Source: Thermoprotei archaeon (GTDB lineage Archaea; Thermoproteota; Thermoprotei; Gearchaeales; WAQG01). Taken from it: a DNA stretch of 64,000 nt. The notes beneath the pieces were generated by a model. The model ran no database searches, was not told the DNA's origin, and saw only the letters and a list, made by a program, of their open reading frames with translations. The position numbers and the translations under genes are program-made. The stretch lies in the NCBI GenBank assembly GCA_038881895.1, contig JAVZOV010000002.1, positions 162,961 to 226,960 on the forward strand, written 5' to 3'. Shown piece after piece: positions 9,781 through 20,605 of this stretch (positions are counted from its first letter, which is position 1; each line of letters begins with the position of its first letter).

Positions 9781-10746
9781 ATGCTGTGGTGTATCTTTAT
9801 GGAGTACAAAAAATTTCAAAAAATTAATGAAAAAATTTCTGCAATAGGTCTTGGCACATGGCAATATAGTGAAACGTGGGGAATGCTTGATTACAATACT
9901 GCTAAATCAATAATAGCTAGCGCAATAGAAAATGGTGTAAATTTAATTGATACAGCTGCAGTGTATGGAAAAGGTAAGAGTGAGGAATTTATCGGCAAGG
10001 CTCTTAAAGAATTAAACACACGAGATGATGTGTTCATCGCTACAAAAATTCCTGGCGATTTTCTTAATAAGGACGATGTGTTCAGGGCCGTTGATAAATG
10101 TTTATCTAGATTACAAGTTGATACAATAGATCTAATGCAGGTTCACTGGCCTCCTCTTTGGCATAATTTTCCAACATGTGGATACATGAAAGCATTAGAG
10201 AGGCTCATTGAGCTTGGAAAAATCAGATATATAGGTTTAAGTGATTTTCCTGTTGAACTTATAGAAGCAGCTAGAAACTGTTTATCAAGGCATGATGTAG
10301 CAAGTATTCAAGTACGTTATAATGCGATAGAACGCGCTGCTGAGATCAATCATATTCCTTATGCAGAAAGGAATGGAATGATGCTATTAGCATGGAGCCC
10401 ATTAGCAAAGGGTGCTCTTACAGGAAAGTATACCATTAATGATATATCTAAATTAAATGATCTGAGAAGCTCAGATCCTATCTTCTCTCATGAGAATTTT
10501 AAGGAAGTTGAGAAACTTATTAGTTTACTAAAGAAAATTGGAGAAAAGTATAACAAAACTCCCTCTCAAGTAGCATTAAATTGGTTAATAATTGCAAGCA
10601 CCGCTGTAGTTCCTATACCAGGTGCTAAAAGTGTACAACAACTTATAGAAAACATCGGATCGTCAGGATGGCACCTAAGTTATAACGAGTGGCGTGAAAT
10701 AGATGAAGTTAGCAAAAATCTGAGAATTACTTACGTTACTTGGTAG
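9781..10746 (+). CDS. aldo/keto reductase family oxidoreductase
   Basis: GLGTWQ N-terminus and conserved AKR TIM-barrel motifs (IDTAAVYG, ..KIRYIGLS..). Confidence 0.75.
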   Translation: MLWCIFMEYKKFQKINEKISAIGLGTWQYSETWGMLDYNTAKSIIASAIENGVNLIDTAAVYGKGKSEEFIGKALKELNTRDDVFIATKIPGDFLNKDDVFRAVDKCLSRLQVDTIDLMQVHWPPLWHNFPTCGYMKALERLIELGKIRYIGLSDFPVELIEAARNCLSRHDVASIQVRYNAIERAAEINHIPYAERNGMMLLAWSPLAKGALTGKYTINDISKLNDLRSSDPIFSHENFKEVEKLISLLKKIGEKYNKTPSQVALNWLIIASTAVVPIPGAKSVQQLIENIGSSGWHLSYNEWREIDEVSKNLRITYVTW

Positions 10747-10984
10747 TTATTCCACATTTTTTGGCAATCCTGTTATTAATACTCTCCCAGATGAGGTAAT
10801 GAGATTCTTGCTCCTAATGATGACTTATAACTAAGTAGCTCACCGATGGTTATTCTGCCTATTCACACTTATTTAAACCATGAGTTTCTGCCAGATTTTT
10901 ATTTCAATAAAATAGAAATATCTTATCTATGACTGAAGTTGGGAGATTCTTGTTCGAACATTTTTTGTTCATTGTTGTCAAGTT

Positions 10985-11070
10985 CAAGTTGTGCTAAACC
11001 AGCCCCTGAATGAAGCATATAGTCCATAGTTCGCTTGTCCGAACCTCCTCTCTAATTTCAGCTTACCTTA
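10985..11070. repeat. short GC-rich repeat, partial copy of the element at 21504..21791
   Basis: cagcccctgaatgaagcatatagtccatagttcgcttgtccgaacctcctctc matches the core of the 21.5-kb element (21/21-nt block with 3 mismatches plus flanking cagcccctg and gaacc.cc.tc). Confidence 0.5.
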
Positions 11071-11257
11071 TTCAGATTTTTGAATATCTTTTATAGCAAT
11101 AGAAATAATTTTGAAAACAAAACCAGGTAAAACATTACTTGCTACAATAGTTATAGATTCAATATTCGTTAAAGGGTGAGGTTTTCAATTATAGTGAATG
11201 TCAGTAGAGATTGGCTAAAAAGTTTTCTTGATTTAAAAATGAAGTTTGTTATCAGTA

Positions 11258-12688
11258 TTAAAATGGTAACATATCGTGAACTCCACCTTCTCTAATTCCT
11301 GCATCAGTGATTTTTATGAACATGGCATTATTTTGCAGCTCTTTTATATTCTTTGCACCTAAGTAGCTCATGCCAGATCTTAATCCACCAACTAGTTGTT
11401 TAAGTACCTCTGAGACTGTCCCCCTGTATTCCACTAAACCTTCGACACCCTCTGATACATAGGCCTCCACCTCTTCTTCTTCAAATATGCCCTCTCTTTC
11501 TAGTTTTGATAGGTATGCACCGTGTGATGCCATACCTCTAAATATTTTGTACTTCCTATTTTCACGTATTATTGTAACACCTGGACTCTCTTCAGTACCA
11601 GCCAAAAGATTTCCTATCATAACTGTTGATGCTCCTGCTGCTAATGCTTTTACAATGTCACCAGGCTTTCTTATGCCTCCATCTGATATTATGGGAACAT
11701 CGTATTTAGATGCAACTTGAGCACATTCCATTATTGCACTTATTTGCGGTACTCCAACACCTGCAACTAATCTTGTTATACACGCACTTCCTGATCCTAT
11801 CCCTACACGTATAGCATCAGCCTCGGCACTCACCAGAAGTTCAGCACCTTCAGCAGTAGCAACATTACCTGCTACAACATCTATGTCAAAGTTACTCTTT
11901 ATTTTTTTGATTGCTTCAGTCACACTTTGCGTATAACCGTTTGCAACGTCTATTATGATGAAGTCTACCTCTGCATCAAGAAGTCTTTTTGTACGTTCTA
12001 AATAATCTTTTAAGCCAACAGCAGCTCCAACCATAAGACGACCTTTTTTATCTTTTGAAGCATAAGGAAACTTTTCCATACTAACTATATCACGCATAGT
12101 AATTAAACCTCTAAGTATATTTTTCTCGTCAACTAACGGTAACTTTTCTATCTTGTGACTTTTTAATATTTCCTTTGCCTCATCAATTGTAACATCAGGT
12201 CTTGCAGTCACAAGATGTTTCCTCGGTGTCATTACTTCAGATACTTTTTTAGAACTTTTCTCGAAGATTATATCCCTCGACGTAATAATACCGAGAAGAT
12301 GATTACTTTCATCGACGACTAATAAACCACTAACCTTATACTTTTCCATCATTTTGCGTACGTCATCAATTGTATTGTCTGGACTTATAACGTAAGGTTT
12401 TTCTATTATTATTCCCTCAGATCTCTTCACCTTCAGAACTTCACGAACTTGATCTTCAATAGGCATGAATCTATGAATAACACCTATAGCTCCTTCTCTA
12501 GCCATTGCTATCGCTAAACGTGATTCTGTTACAGTGTCCATAGGACTGCTCACGATAGGTACATTAATTTTAATTCGCTTTGTAAGCCTTGAACTAATAT
12601 CAACTTCACGTCGTGAACGTATCAATGATGATCTCGGTAATAATAATACATCGTCAAAAGTAAGCCCCTCACCTCTGATTACAACCAC
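11258..12688 (-). CDS. guaB: IMP dehydrogenase with tandem CBS domains
   Basis: Catalytic Cys loop [14 protein letters not shown] pair in the middle, [17 protein letters not shown] phosphate-binding motif. Confidence 0.85.
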   Translation of the reverse strand: MVVIRGEGLTFDDVLLLPRSSLIRSRREVDISSRLTKRIKINVPIVSSPMDTVTESRLAIAMAREGAIGVIHRFMPIEDQVREVLKVKRSEGIIIEKPYVISPDNTIDDVRKMMEKYKVSGLLVVDESNHLLGIITSRDIIFEKSSKKVSEVMTPRKHLVTARPDVTIDEAKEILKSHKIEKLPLVDEKNILRGLITMRDIVSMEKFPYASKDKKGRLMVGAAVGLKDYLERTKRLLDAEVDFIIIDVANGYTQSVTEAIKKIKSNFDIDVVAGNVATAEGAELLVSAEADAIRVGIGSGSACITRLVAGVGVPQISAIMECAQVASKYDVPIISDGGIRKPGDIVKALAAGASTVMIGNLLAGTEESPGVTIIRENRKYKIFRGMASHGAYLSKLEREGIFEEEEVEAYVSEGVEGLVEYRGTVSEVLKQLVGGLRSGMSYLGAKNIKELQNNAMFIKITDAGIREGGVHDMLPF

Positions 12689-12910
12689 TTGCTATCACCA
12701 ATATATAAATCCGCAGTCATAAATAAAAGTTACTACTCATTGCTGAATTATAACATAAAGTAAATTTCCATGCAGCCCTAATTTAATAGTTAAGAAATTT
12801 TTTAATATATAATATTAATATTTATTGTTAAAATTTATTTTATTATGATACTTTAATTGTATGTCATAGATCAAAGATTAAATTTTTTAAGAGGTGAAAT
12901 ATAGTATATC

Positions 12911-13219
12911 ATGGTGATTAAAGTGACGCTTAAGAGAAGTGAAATAGAACTTAGACTTGCTAAACTAGAAAATTGGAAACTGAGGGGTAGAAGAATAGTA
13001 CGAACTGTTAGGTTTAAAACGTTTTTAGATGCTATTAATTTCATAAATAGAGTAGCAATAATAGCAGAGCATAAAAACCACCATCCTGATTTGAGAATTT
13101 CCTACAATCGTGTGACTGTTTCATTGATTACTCATGATGTAAAAGGAATCACAGACCTTGATTTTCAGTTAGCAGAAATAATCAACAAAATAATAGACAA
13201 TTTCAAAGGTAAGGTTTAA
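12911..13219 (+). CDS. pterin-4a-carbinolamine dehydratase (PCD/DCoH)
   Basis: EHKNHHPDLRISYNRVTVSLITHD matches the PCD signature [E]-H-x-H-H-P. Confidence 0.65.
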   Translation: MVIKVTLKRSEIELRLAKLENWKLRGRRIVRTVRFKTFLDAINFINRVAIIAEHKNHHPDLRISYNRVTVSLITHDVKGITDLDFQLAEIINKIIDNFKGKV

Positions 13220-13793
13220 AAAACTGTTTTAGTTCAGGAATATTTTTTACATAATAATCGGCACCTGGTATACTTTGATTCACTGAAACTGTATAGCAAC
13301 CAAGCATTTTTCCAGCCTCAACATCCCATTGCGTGTCACCAACAAAAATTGTTTTTTTAGCATCGGCATTTAATTCTCTAAGAGCTAGAGAAAGTTGATT
13401 AATTCTACGTAAATCATGCTCCCTAGTTATTATAACAGAGAAAAACTTCAGGACACCAAGCTTATATAACGCTAAAGTTGCCGGTTCCATCGCTTGCAAC
13501 GTAACCAATCCAATTCTCACTCCGTTTAACTTTAACCATTTAAAAAAATCAATCAACACTTCATCGCGCATTACATCACTAGATGCACGCAATTCAACAT
13601 TTTTTATGTAATCAAAAGCTTTTTTAATCAATTCATGATTGCCCTTAGCTGCAATAGGTATACTGGTAGCCAACGGTTTTAAAGGATGATCCGTATTTAA
13701 TAATTTTCTTACAACACTCCTTAATGCCTCCCAATTTATATTAAGCTTCACTAAAGTCCCATCAAGATCAGTGACGAAATATTCAAACCTCAC
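13203..13793 (-). CDS. HAD-superfamily hydrolase
   Basis: DxDGT motif I (FVTDLDGTLV), motif IV (VGDTQWD). Confidence 0.65.
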   Translation of the reverse strand: MRFEYFVTDLDGTLVKLNINWEALRSVVRKLLNTDHPLKPLATSIPIAAKGNHELIKKAFDYIKNVELRASSDVMRDEVLIDFFKWLKLNGVRIGLVTLQAMEPATLALYKLGVLKFFSVIITREHDLRRINQLSLALRELNADAKKTIFVGDTQWDVEAGKMLGCYTVSVNQSIPGADYYVKNIPELKQFFKPYL

Positions 13794-13837
13794 GACAATC
13801 TGTTACTCAATAGTCATAAAACCTTATAAAACTGTGT

Positions 13838-14106
13838 CCGTTGTGGGATTCATGGACTTTCGTCCCTTCCCCCTCAACCTCATTAGGGGCTTTCTGGGCA
13901 ACGGGGCTTCCCTCATCCTGTGCTCCACCTCACCACATGTTGGGCATATGCCCATTCGGTGCTCCGCTCATCAAATACGGAATACACTAAACGTCTATAA
14001 AAATCTATCTATTCAGAGACTGCTGTACAACCCTAATACATAACTAAAATAACTCACTCCTTAATCTGACCTCCTCCCCGCCCTAAAGAGGCGAGGCTTT
14101 CAGGTT
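13838..14106. repeat. GC-rich repeat / structured-RNA candidate (family X, copy 1)
   Basis: Block ggggctttctgggcaacggggcttccctcatcctg (13886..13920) and gcccattcggtgct recur in inverted orientation at 18890..19020; perfect hairpin gggcat|atgccc; tail motif cctcctccccgccctaaagaggcg is shared with 25401..25520. Confidence 0.5.
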
Positions 14107-14128
14107 GTTGTAATTGCAGTATTGTGCT

Positions 14129-14914
14129 TTATATTCTTATTCCGAGGATCTCTAGTATGAATTTTAGTGAGACGTAGAGGAAGACTGCTCCAAAGATTGT
14201 TTTGATGAACCATGCTGGGACTTTTGGCACTAGTCGTGCACCTATCTGGGCTCCTATAGCTGTTCCAGTTCCAAGAGATAGTGCTGCAACTATATCTGTT
14301 ACTCCTTGATATATCTTAAAGCTTCCAGAGATAACTGCCATGCTTATGAATGAAGTTAAAGATGTGCCCACCGCTATCTTTACAGGAGAACCTAGAAGAT
14401 ATATAAATGATGGGACTAGAGCGTATCCTCCTCCGAGACCTATTACCCCTGTTAACACGCCTATGAAGAAGCCAAGTAAAGATTTTGCTAGAGTTGTTCC
14501 AGGAATTATATTACCCACTTTCTCAGTAGTCTTTCTACGGAAAACGCCTTCATAGATCATTCTTATCGAGACATAAAGGAATGCTAAACCCAATATCAAT
14601 TTCAGGAGCGGTAGTTGAGTGATGAGGTATTGGAAGATTACTGAGCCTACGATTGCTCCTATACCGCCTGAAACTGCTACTACTAGGGCTGTTTTATAAT
14701 CAACATTCTTTATCTTAATGTGAGCTATGGATCCAGAGGAGGCTGTAATTATGACTGCTACAATCGTTGTCCCTATAGCGACTGGTAAACTATAGTTGTA
14801 AAGAAAGTAGAGTGCTGGAAGCATTATTACGCAACCACCCGTTCCTAGAAAACCACCGATAACACCAGCAACTAAACCAAAAAATATTAACGAAACTATG
14901 ATTACGATATCCAT
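14129..14914 (-). CDS. TauE/SafE (DUF81) family sulfite/anion exporter
   Basis: Two homologous 4-TM halves with Gly-rich motifs (GFLGTGGCVIM; GLGGGYALVP). Confidence 0.6.
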   Translation of the reverse strand: MDIVIIVSLIFFGLVAGVIGGFLGTGGCVIMLPALYFLYNYSLPVAIGTTIVAVIITASSGSIAHIKIKNVDYKTALVVAVSGGIGAIVGSVIFQYLITQLPLLKLILGLAFLYVSIRMIYEGVFRRKTTEKVGNIIPGTTLAKSLLGFFIGVLTGVIGLGGGYALVPSFIYLLGSPVKIAVGTSLTSFISMAVISGSFKIYQGVTDIVAALSLGTGTAIGAQIGARLVPKVPAWFIKTIFGAVFLYVSLKFILEILGIRI

Positions 14915-15244
14915 GAGTATTTATCTTAGTACGAATTATTTAAATCTTACTTTTCACATCAAATATGAATCCAAATCTTGTTGCTGGAAGTTGATTAACG
15001 TTAATGGAGGTTTGGTAGGGTTTTCTGAAACTATACCTAATGTGTTCTCAACTAAATTTATTGCTCAGAGACTAAAGCATTGTATATGCTTATTTAGAAA
15101 ACTACTAATGGATAAGTGTGTGTATCCGTCTACCAATGGTTAGACCATTCTCTATGTATTCTTCTAGATGTTCTCCTTGTTTGTAAGTACTTCATCTTGA
15201 ATAAATTAATTTTTTATGTAAAGTTTTACTCTAGATTCTTTGCG

Positions 15245-15649
15245 ATGACTTCTCTCCAAGATTTGTATAGAATTGGCTATGACTTGGATTCTCTAATCAG
15301 GGGAATAGTAGCTTCTAGTAGAGGGATGATTAAGACTGTGATAGTGGTTTCTAGAGACTTATATGTACTGACGTTAGAAGTAGGATGTAACATATCTTTA
15401 GATGACCTCACGTCTGCAAGTGCAGTTATTATAAGTGCTTTTTCGAATATTCTTAGAGAAGCGGGTTTGAGTAGTTCTGAGAAGATTAGAATCCAGCTAG
15501 ACGATAAGAGATATCTAATCATACAATCCCACATAGATTACTTCCTAATCTGTATAGCTAAATCTAATGTAAGACTAGGGTTCATAGATCTAGTTCTAGA
15601 GGGTACTGTCAACCAGGTAATACGCATCCCTCTATCTTGGTTTCTATGA
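15245..15649 (+). CDS. Roadblock/LC7 (MglB-like) domain protein
   Basis: IVASSRGMIKTVIVVSRDLYVLTLEVG..LGFIDLVLEG pattern typical of the Roadblock fold; start placed at the internal ATG at 15245 because the upstream part of the ORF is low-complexity. Confidence 0.3.
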   Translation: MTSLQDLYRIGYDLDSLIRGIVASSRGMIKTVIVVSRDLYVLTLEVGCNISLDDLTSASAVIISAFSNILREAGLSSSEKIRIQLDDKRYLIIQSHIDYFLICIAKSNVRLGFIDLVLEGTVNQVIRIPLSWFL

Positions 15650-15769
15650 GTATGTTGTGTATTAGGGCTATGGCTGCTGCTATCTCTTCTAATCTCTTAA
15701 CGATCTTAGAGTTTTATGTTGTTGTAGAATCTCCTAGTCCTATTAAGCTATCTAAACCATCTCTCAATC

Positions 15770-16705
15770 TTGTTTCTATTCCCGAACGTCTCATGGAGGT
15801 ATTCTATTCCAAGCCTCTTTAAAGCTCCAGGGAAATTGAAATCTGGAAAAGAGTTCCAAAAGGCGAAAGAACAGGTTAAAGAGTACATAAAAGCGGAATG
15901 GATTAGCCCGGAGTACTATGGAAGATATTTCGGTGTCATAATTGATGGATTCCAGATTGCTTTTATCAGATTTAGGAAGAAAGAGTGGGAAGAAACTGCT
16001 GCTTTAGAAGTTAATGCCCAAACAATTTTAAGATTGCTGGAAGCGATAAGAGGTTTAAAGCGAAAACCTATAGAGGCTAAACTCCTGCTTGAGGACTTTG
16101 GACCTGAAAGTAACATAACTAAAAGCTCTATTTTAACTTTATATAAAACCCTAATCAAGTCAAAGTCGCCCAGAACCAGCATGCTTTTTGAGGATTGGAG
16201 GAGGGTTTTCTTGCAAGTTTGTGCTTATTCGAAGGAGAAATTGGAAGGACTGATAGATTATTACAGTGTGAGGGGAGATGGGAGAATTGATGTTGAAAAA
16301 TTGATGTTTGCCATACATACTTATTACACCATCTTAATGAAACTTTTAACATCTGAAGTTGTAACTCTTTTTGCGGATAGCTTAGTTGGTTCTTACCTAA
16401 AACGGCTTGAAGAAGCTTACTTAAGAAATAAGTCAGATATGTTGATAGAACTAAAAGAGCTTGAAGAAGGGGAAATCTTCGCCCAGTTAGGAATAAAGAA
16501 TTTCCTAGAAGCTAACTATTTCGCCTGGTATTTAGAAGAATGGGACGATTATATTGCGACTTCCATTTTCGAGGTAATCAAGAAGTTGCTGGATTATGAA
16601 CCCGCTACGGTTGAATTATCACCTGAAAAAGTAAAAGACTTGTTCAAAAGGTTATATCAGAATTTAGTACTAAGGGATATTAAGCATAGATTAGGGGAGT
16701 ACTAG
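15770..16705 (+). CDS. hypothetical helical protein
   Basis: 311-aa ORF, acidic and helical, no recognisable motif; same frame as the upstream Roadblock-like ORF, separated from it by stop codons. Confidence 0.35.
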   Translation: MFLFPNVSWRYSIPSLFKAPGKLKSGKEFQKAKEQVKEYIKAEWISPEYYGRYFGVIIDGFQIAFIRFRKKEWEETAALEVNAQTILRLLEAIRGLKRKPIEAKLLLEDFGPESNITKSSILTLYKTLIKSKSPRTSMLFEDWRRVFLQVCAYSKEKLEGLIDYYSVRGDGRIDVEKLMFAIHTYYTILMKLLTSEVVTLFADSLVGSYLKRLEEAYLRNKSDMLIELKELEEGEIFAQLGIKNFLEANYFAWYLEEWDDYIATSIFEVIKKLLDYEPATVELSPEKVKDLFKRLYQNLVLRDIKHRLGEY

Positions 16706-16825
16706 TTTTTGTAAAATCTTCTAACTAAGAGTAGTGATCCTTCACTACCTTAACGTTCTTGGAACTTTAGGTAATAACACATGGTTACATTAATCTTTTA
16801 TTATTTCTTAGTATGATTCATTTAG

Positions 16826-17716
16826 GTGGAATGGTTGTCGTTAAAAGATTACATCACTCTTACAAAACCAAGTCAAACATTCTTGTTGGTATTTACATCT
16901 ATAATGGCTTATTATGCAGCGCCAGGAAACAAGAACTATCTAGTTGCATTATTATTAATAATATCAATGACATTAGCAGTGAGTGGTGTTACAGTAATAA
17001 ACATGTATTTTGATAGGGATATCGACAGTATTATGCCAAGAACTAAAAGACGTCCAATACCCTCAGGAAAGGTCTCCCCCACAAACGCGCTCATATTTGG
17101 CATCATTTTATACTTATTAGGGCAGATACTTTCACTGGGCATAAATTCTTTAGTAGCACTCACAATTTTTTTAGGTTTCTTCTTCGACATACCAATCTAC
17201 ACATTACTCCTTAAAAGGCGGTCCACAACAAATATCATATTCGGTGGTATAGCAGGTAGTATGCCGGCCATGGGCGGTTGGGTCGCACAGATCAATGCAA
17301 TTGATATGAGAGCATTGCTTATATCCCTGCTAGTCCTCCTTTGGATTCCAATGCATATTTGGTATATATCTACATATTACTTAGATGATTATAAACAAGC
17401 TAATATTCCAATGCTGCCAGTGGTTGTAGGACCACGCAAAGCTACAACGGGAATCATAATAAGCCTTCTTTTAATGGAATTGGACGTCATTATAATGTAC
17501 ATGCTAAGAATGGCTGGATTATTAACAGTTTTTGCATCAACAATGTTAATTGTTCTATCGATATATAAAACATTCATGTTCGCACAAAATCCAACCAAAA
17601 TAGAGGCAAAGAAACTTTTCAAGTTTGCCAGTCCATATCTTGCAATAATATTTGCAATGATCGTAATAGAGAATAATTTATTATCAATAAAATTAGTCAT
17701 GTTCATGTTTCCGTAA
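16826..17716 (+). CDS. ctaB: UbiA-family prenyltransferase, probably protoheme IX farnesyltransferase (heme O synthase)
   Basis: 9 TM helices; Asp-rich motif NMYFDRDIDSIMPRTKRRPIPSG; CtaB-like N-terminus (DYITLTKP). Confidence 0.6.
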   Translation: MEWLSLKDYITLTKPSQTFLLVFTSIMAYYAAPGNKNYLVALLLIISMTLAVSGVTVINMYFDRDIDSIMPRTKRRPIPSGKVSPTNALIFGIILYLLGQILSLGINSLVALTIFLGFFFDIPIYTLLLKRRSTTNIIFGGIAGSMPAMGGWVAQINAIDMRALLISLLVLLWIPMHIWYISTYYLDDYKQANIPMLPVVVGPRKATTGIIISLLLMELDVIIMYMLRMAGLLTVFASTMLIVLSIYKTFMFAQNPTKIEAKKLFKFASPYLAIIFAMIVIENNLLSIKLVMFMFP

Positions 17717-17826
17717 TTTCATGCATGTTCCTTATTCTTGATTTTTAACTTTCTTCCCATACTTTAAAGTACGGAGATAACTAAATTAAAGTTAATGTTA
17801 TAATGTTTGTTAGGTGGTGAAGCAAT

Positions 17827-18870
17827 ATGATGGAAGAAGTCATGATGGCTAAGGATTTGTTAATTAATGGAATGCTGAATGGTGAAGAATTAAAAATACC
17901 TGACTGGTTCAGAAAGCCTAATCGTGTAGCTTTCATTGGGATTGGCGGGTCTGCTATAGCTGGTGAGATAATTTCATGGATTTTAATAAACATTCATGGA
18001 ATACTTTCTCAGGTCTTTAGAGGACCAGAAATTCCAACAAATTTCTTCACAGATGATACTTTAGTATTCATAATAAGCTACTCTGGTAATACATGGGAGA
18101 CGCTTGCTGCTTTCAGAAGTCTAAAGGACATTAATTCAATGAAAATATCAATCACATCAAACGGAAAATTGGCAGAAATATCAAGCAGGTTTAACATTCC
18201 AGTAATACCTTTAACGCCTGAAATACAACCTAGATCAAGCCTTTACGAACAAGTTGCATCATTATTGATAGTACTGGATAAGCTTGGGATTCGTGTAAGA
18301 GCTTCACAAGAACTTGAGTATAGTAAGCATGCCATAGAACGTGTCTTAAACAGTGAGCAGGATAGGGCTTATGAGATTGCTTCTATGATTGCTAGAAAAA
18401 GTATTGTGATATATGGTTATCGTTCAATGAGTGTAGCGGCCATGCGATGGAAAACACAATTTAATGAAAACGCTAAGATGACGGCATGGTATGAAACTTT
18501 AACAGAGGCAAACCACAATTCATTAGTTAGCTGGGGTGAATCGGAAGATTTAAACAATTACAGCATCATATTACTTCGATCTCCAAGAGAAGAAAGCGAA
18601 CCAATAAGGGAAACTTTAAACTGGTTCCAAGAATACCTTTCGAAAAGGCTTCATTTACTCACCTATGAAACATTTGAAGAATCGCTATTAGCTAGAATAC
18701 TTTCAGCGTGCATGATGGGTGACGTAGTATCTGTTAAGGTTTCAGAAATAAAAAATATTGATGCGAAATCAGTAAGACCGATTAATGCGCTAAAAAATCA
18801 CATGGAAAAATGGGGCATATACAATTATTTAGGGTTGGACAGCAGCTCACAAATAGATAGATTTTTATAG
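17827..18870 (+). CDS. bifunctional phosphoglucose/phosphomannose isomerase (SIS-domain PGI/PMI)
   Basis: SIS-domain motif FIGIGGSAIAGEII; size and architecture of the crenarchaeal/Thermoplasma PGI/PMI family. Confidence 0.6.
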   Translation: MMEEVMMAKDLLINGMLNGEELKIPDWFRKPNRVAFIGIGGSAIAGEIISWILINIHGILSQVFRGPEIPTNFFTDDTLVFIISYSGNTWETLAAFRSLKDINSMKISITSNGKLAEISSRFNIPVIPLTPEIQPRSSLYEQVASLLIVLDKLGIRVRASQELEYSKHAIERVLNSEQDRAYEIASMIARKSIVIYGYRSMSVAAMRWKTQFNENAKMTAWYETLTEANHNSLVSWGESEDLNNYSIILLRSPREESEPIRETLNWFQEYLSKRLHLLTYETFEESLLARILSACMMGDVVSVKVSEIKNIDAKSVRPINALKNHMEKWGIYNYLGLDSSSQIDRFL

Positions 18871-18889
18871 ATGTTTAGTGTATTAAAGA

Positions 18890-19020
18890 ATGCATGAACG
18901 TGCCCGATATGTGGTGGAAGGTTAGCATCGAATGGGCACGTCTAAACATGCTCAGGATGAGGGGAGCCCCGTTGACCCAGAAAGCCATCAATGAAACTTT
19001 TGCAGAGATGGAACAGACAG
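18890..19020. repeat. GC-rich repeat / structured-RNA candidate (family X, copy 2, inverted relative to copy 1)
   Basis: Reverse complement contains ggctttctgggtcaacggggctcccctcatcctg and gcccattcgatgct; 8-bp perfect stem acgtgccc(18898..18905)/gggcacgt(18934..18941). Confidence 0.5.
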
Positions 19021-19055
19021 TTATAAAAAAATTAACTATCCAACAACGGTTCTAA

Positions 19056-19610
19056 TTAACTCGATACTAGGTAATATCTAGGTCTTCGGATTAAAAATGC
19101 ACCAGATACGATACCGCTAATAAGCCCTATTAGGTGTGCTACTATATTTACTCCGGGTATTATCGAACTAGCGAGAAAAACCCATAAAGCATAGACTAAA
19201 GCTGCTCCTAATCCTCCAACATTCCTGCTCAATATTACATATGCTCCAAGGAGCCCAAAAATAGCGCCTGAAGCCCCCCCAGATAGCACATTATAAGGTA
19301 AAAGAAAATATGTTGCAATATTGCCTGTAATACCAGACACAAAGTATATTATGAGAAATCGAGACTTACCATATGCATGCTCTATAATACTACCAAAATA
19401 ATACAATGCAAACATATTAAATAACAAATGAAAAATCCCAAAATGAACAAACATGGAGGTTACTAACTGCCATACGAATCCCTCGCTCACTAATAAATTA
19501 TTTTGGGCTAGCAGTATAAGAATTGTATAGTTAATACTTACAGGAATGAACACAATGACGTTTATTATAATCAGAATAAGCGTTATTGATTGCAGCCTTA
19601 CTATAGACAT
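19056..19610 (-). CDS. rhomboid-family intramembrane serine protease
   Basis: 6 TM helices, GASGAIFGLLGAY (GxSG) and a downstream His in AHLIGLISG. Confidence 0.7.
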   Translation of the reverse strand: MSIVRLQSITLILIIINVIVFIPVSINYTILILLAQNNLLVSEGFVWQLVTSMFVHFGIFHLLFNMFALYYFGSIIEHAYGKSRFLIIYFVSGITGNIATYFLLPYNVLSGGASGAIFGLLGAYVILSRNVGGLGAALVYALWVFLASSIIPGVNIVAHLIGLISGIVSGAFLIRRPRYYLVSS

Positions 19611-19642
19611 TGTGATCTACCTTTATCGATGTTCACAAAATA

Positions 19643-20416
19643 CTAAAGCCTTATATCTTTTAACAAATCACGAAAAGTTTTCTTAGGTGACTTTATCTCT
19701 ATTCTTATAGGAGTTATTGATACGAATCTCTTCCTGAACACTGCATTAATATCGCTATCCTTTCCGTCAAAATCGCTGTAAATATCTGTTTTTGATCGAG
19801 CAGCAGAATAAGTTCCATCACCATTATCTACATATATATCACCATAAACATACCATGCAGGTTTTGTTATTTTAATGCCACGAGGATTCTCCGGAATATT
19901 TATTGAAATTAAATATGTACCACGAGGCATTCCCCTAGTAAGAATTCGCTCAGCAACCTGACGTGCAATCCTCATAGCAACACTAAAGTCATCTAACGTT
20001 AATGATAACTTTTTTCCCGGCTTAACACACAAAGAAATTGCGATAGCAGGAACACCATGTAACCCAGCCTCTAAAGCAGCACCTATCGTACCGGAAGTTA
20101 ATATATCACTAACTCCAACGTTGCATCCCAAGTTTATTCCTGACACCACTAGATCTGGATCACGATGGAAGATCTTATACTTAAAAATAAAATATGAGTC
20201 AGCGGGCGTACCATTTATGGCATAAGCTATACTTCCATCATCTAATACAACCTGTTTGATCCTGAGGGAAAACATTTGTAAAGCTTTACTAATCCCACTT
20301 CTATTAATCTCAGGTGCAACAACATATAAAGTGCCTAAACCTTCTAAAGCCCTTTTAAGTGCAATTAGTCCGATCGAATTAATACCATCATCATTAGATA
20401 TTAGTATATGTGCCAT
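19643..20416 (-). CDS. surE: 5'/3'-nucleotidase SurE
   Basis: N-terminal ILISNDDGINSIGL SurE signature. Confidence 0.8.
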   Translation of the reverse strand: MAHILISNDDGINSIGLIALKRALEGLGTLYVVAPEINRSGISKALQMFSLRIKQVVLDDGSIAYAINGTPADSYFIFKYKIFHRDPDLVVSGINLGCNVGVSDILTSGTIGAALEAGLHGVPAIAISLCVKPGKKLSLTLDDFSVAMRIARQVAERILTRGMPRGTYLISINIPENPRGIKITKPAWYVYGDIYVDNGDGTYSAARSKTDIYSDFDGKDSDINAVFRKRFVSITPIRIEIKSPKKTFRDLLKDIRL

Positions 20417-20605
20417 CGCTCATCACTTGCAGATAAATTATTAAGTTATGCCGCCTAAATAAATTTTAACTAAAAAATCCTGCAAAAACAAAGAAAGCAT
20501 TAAACAGTTTTTCATAATGATGATAACATAAAGAACGCGTTAAAGATAATTTGCAGTTACTAAATTGAAGTTCAAAATTTATAAGCTCAACTATTTTTTT
20601 ATAAT

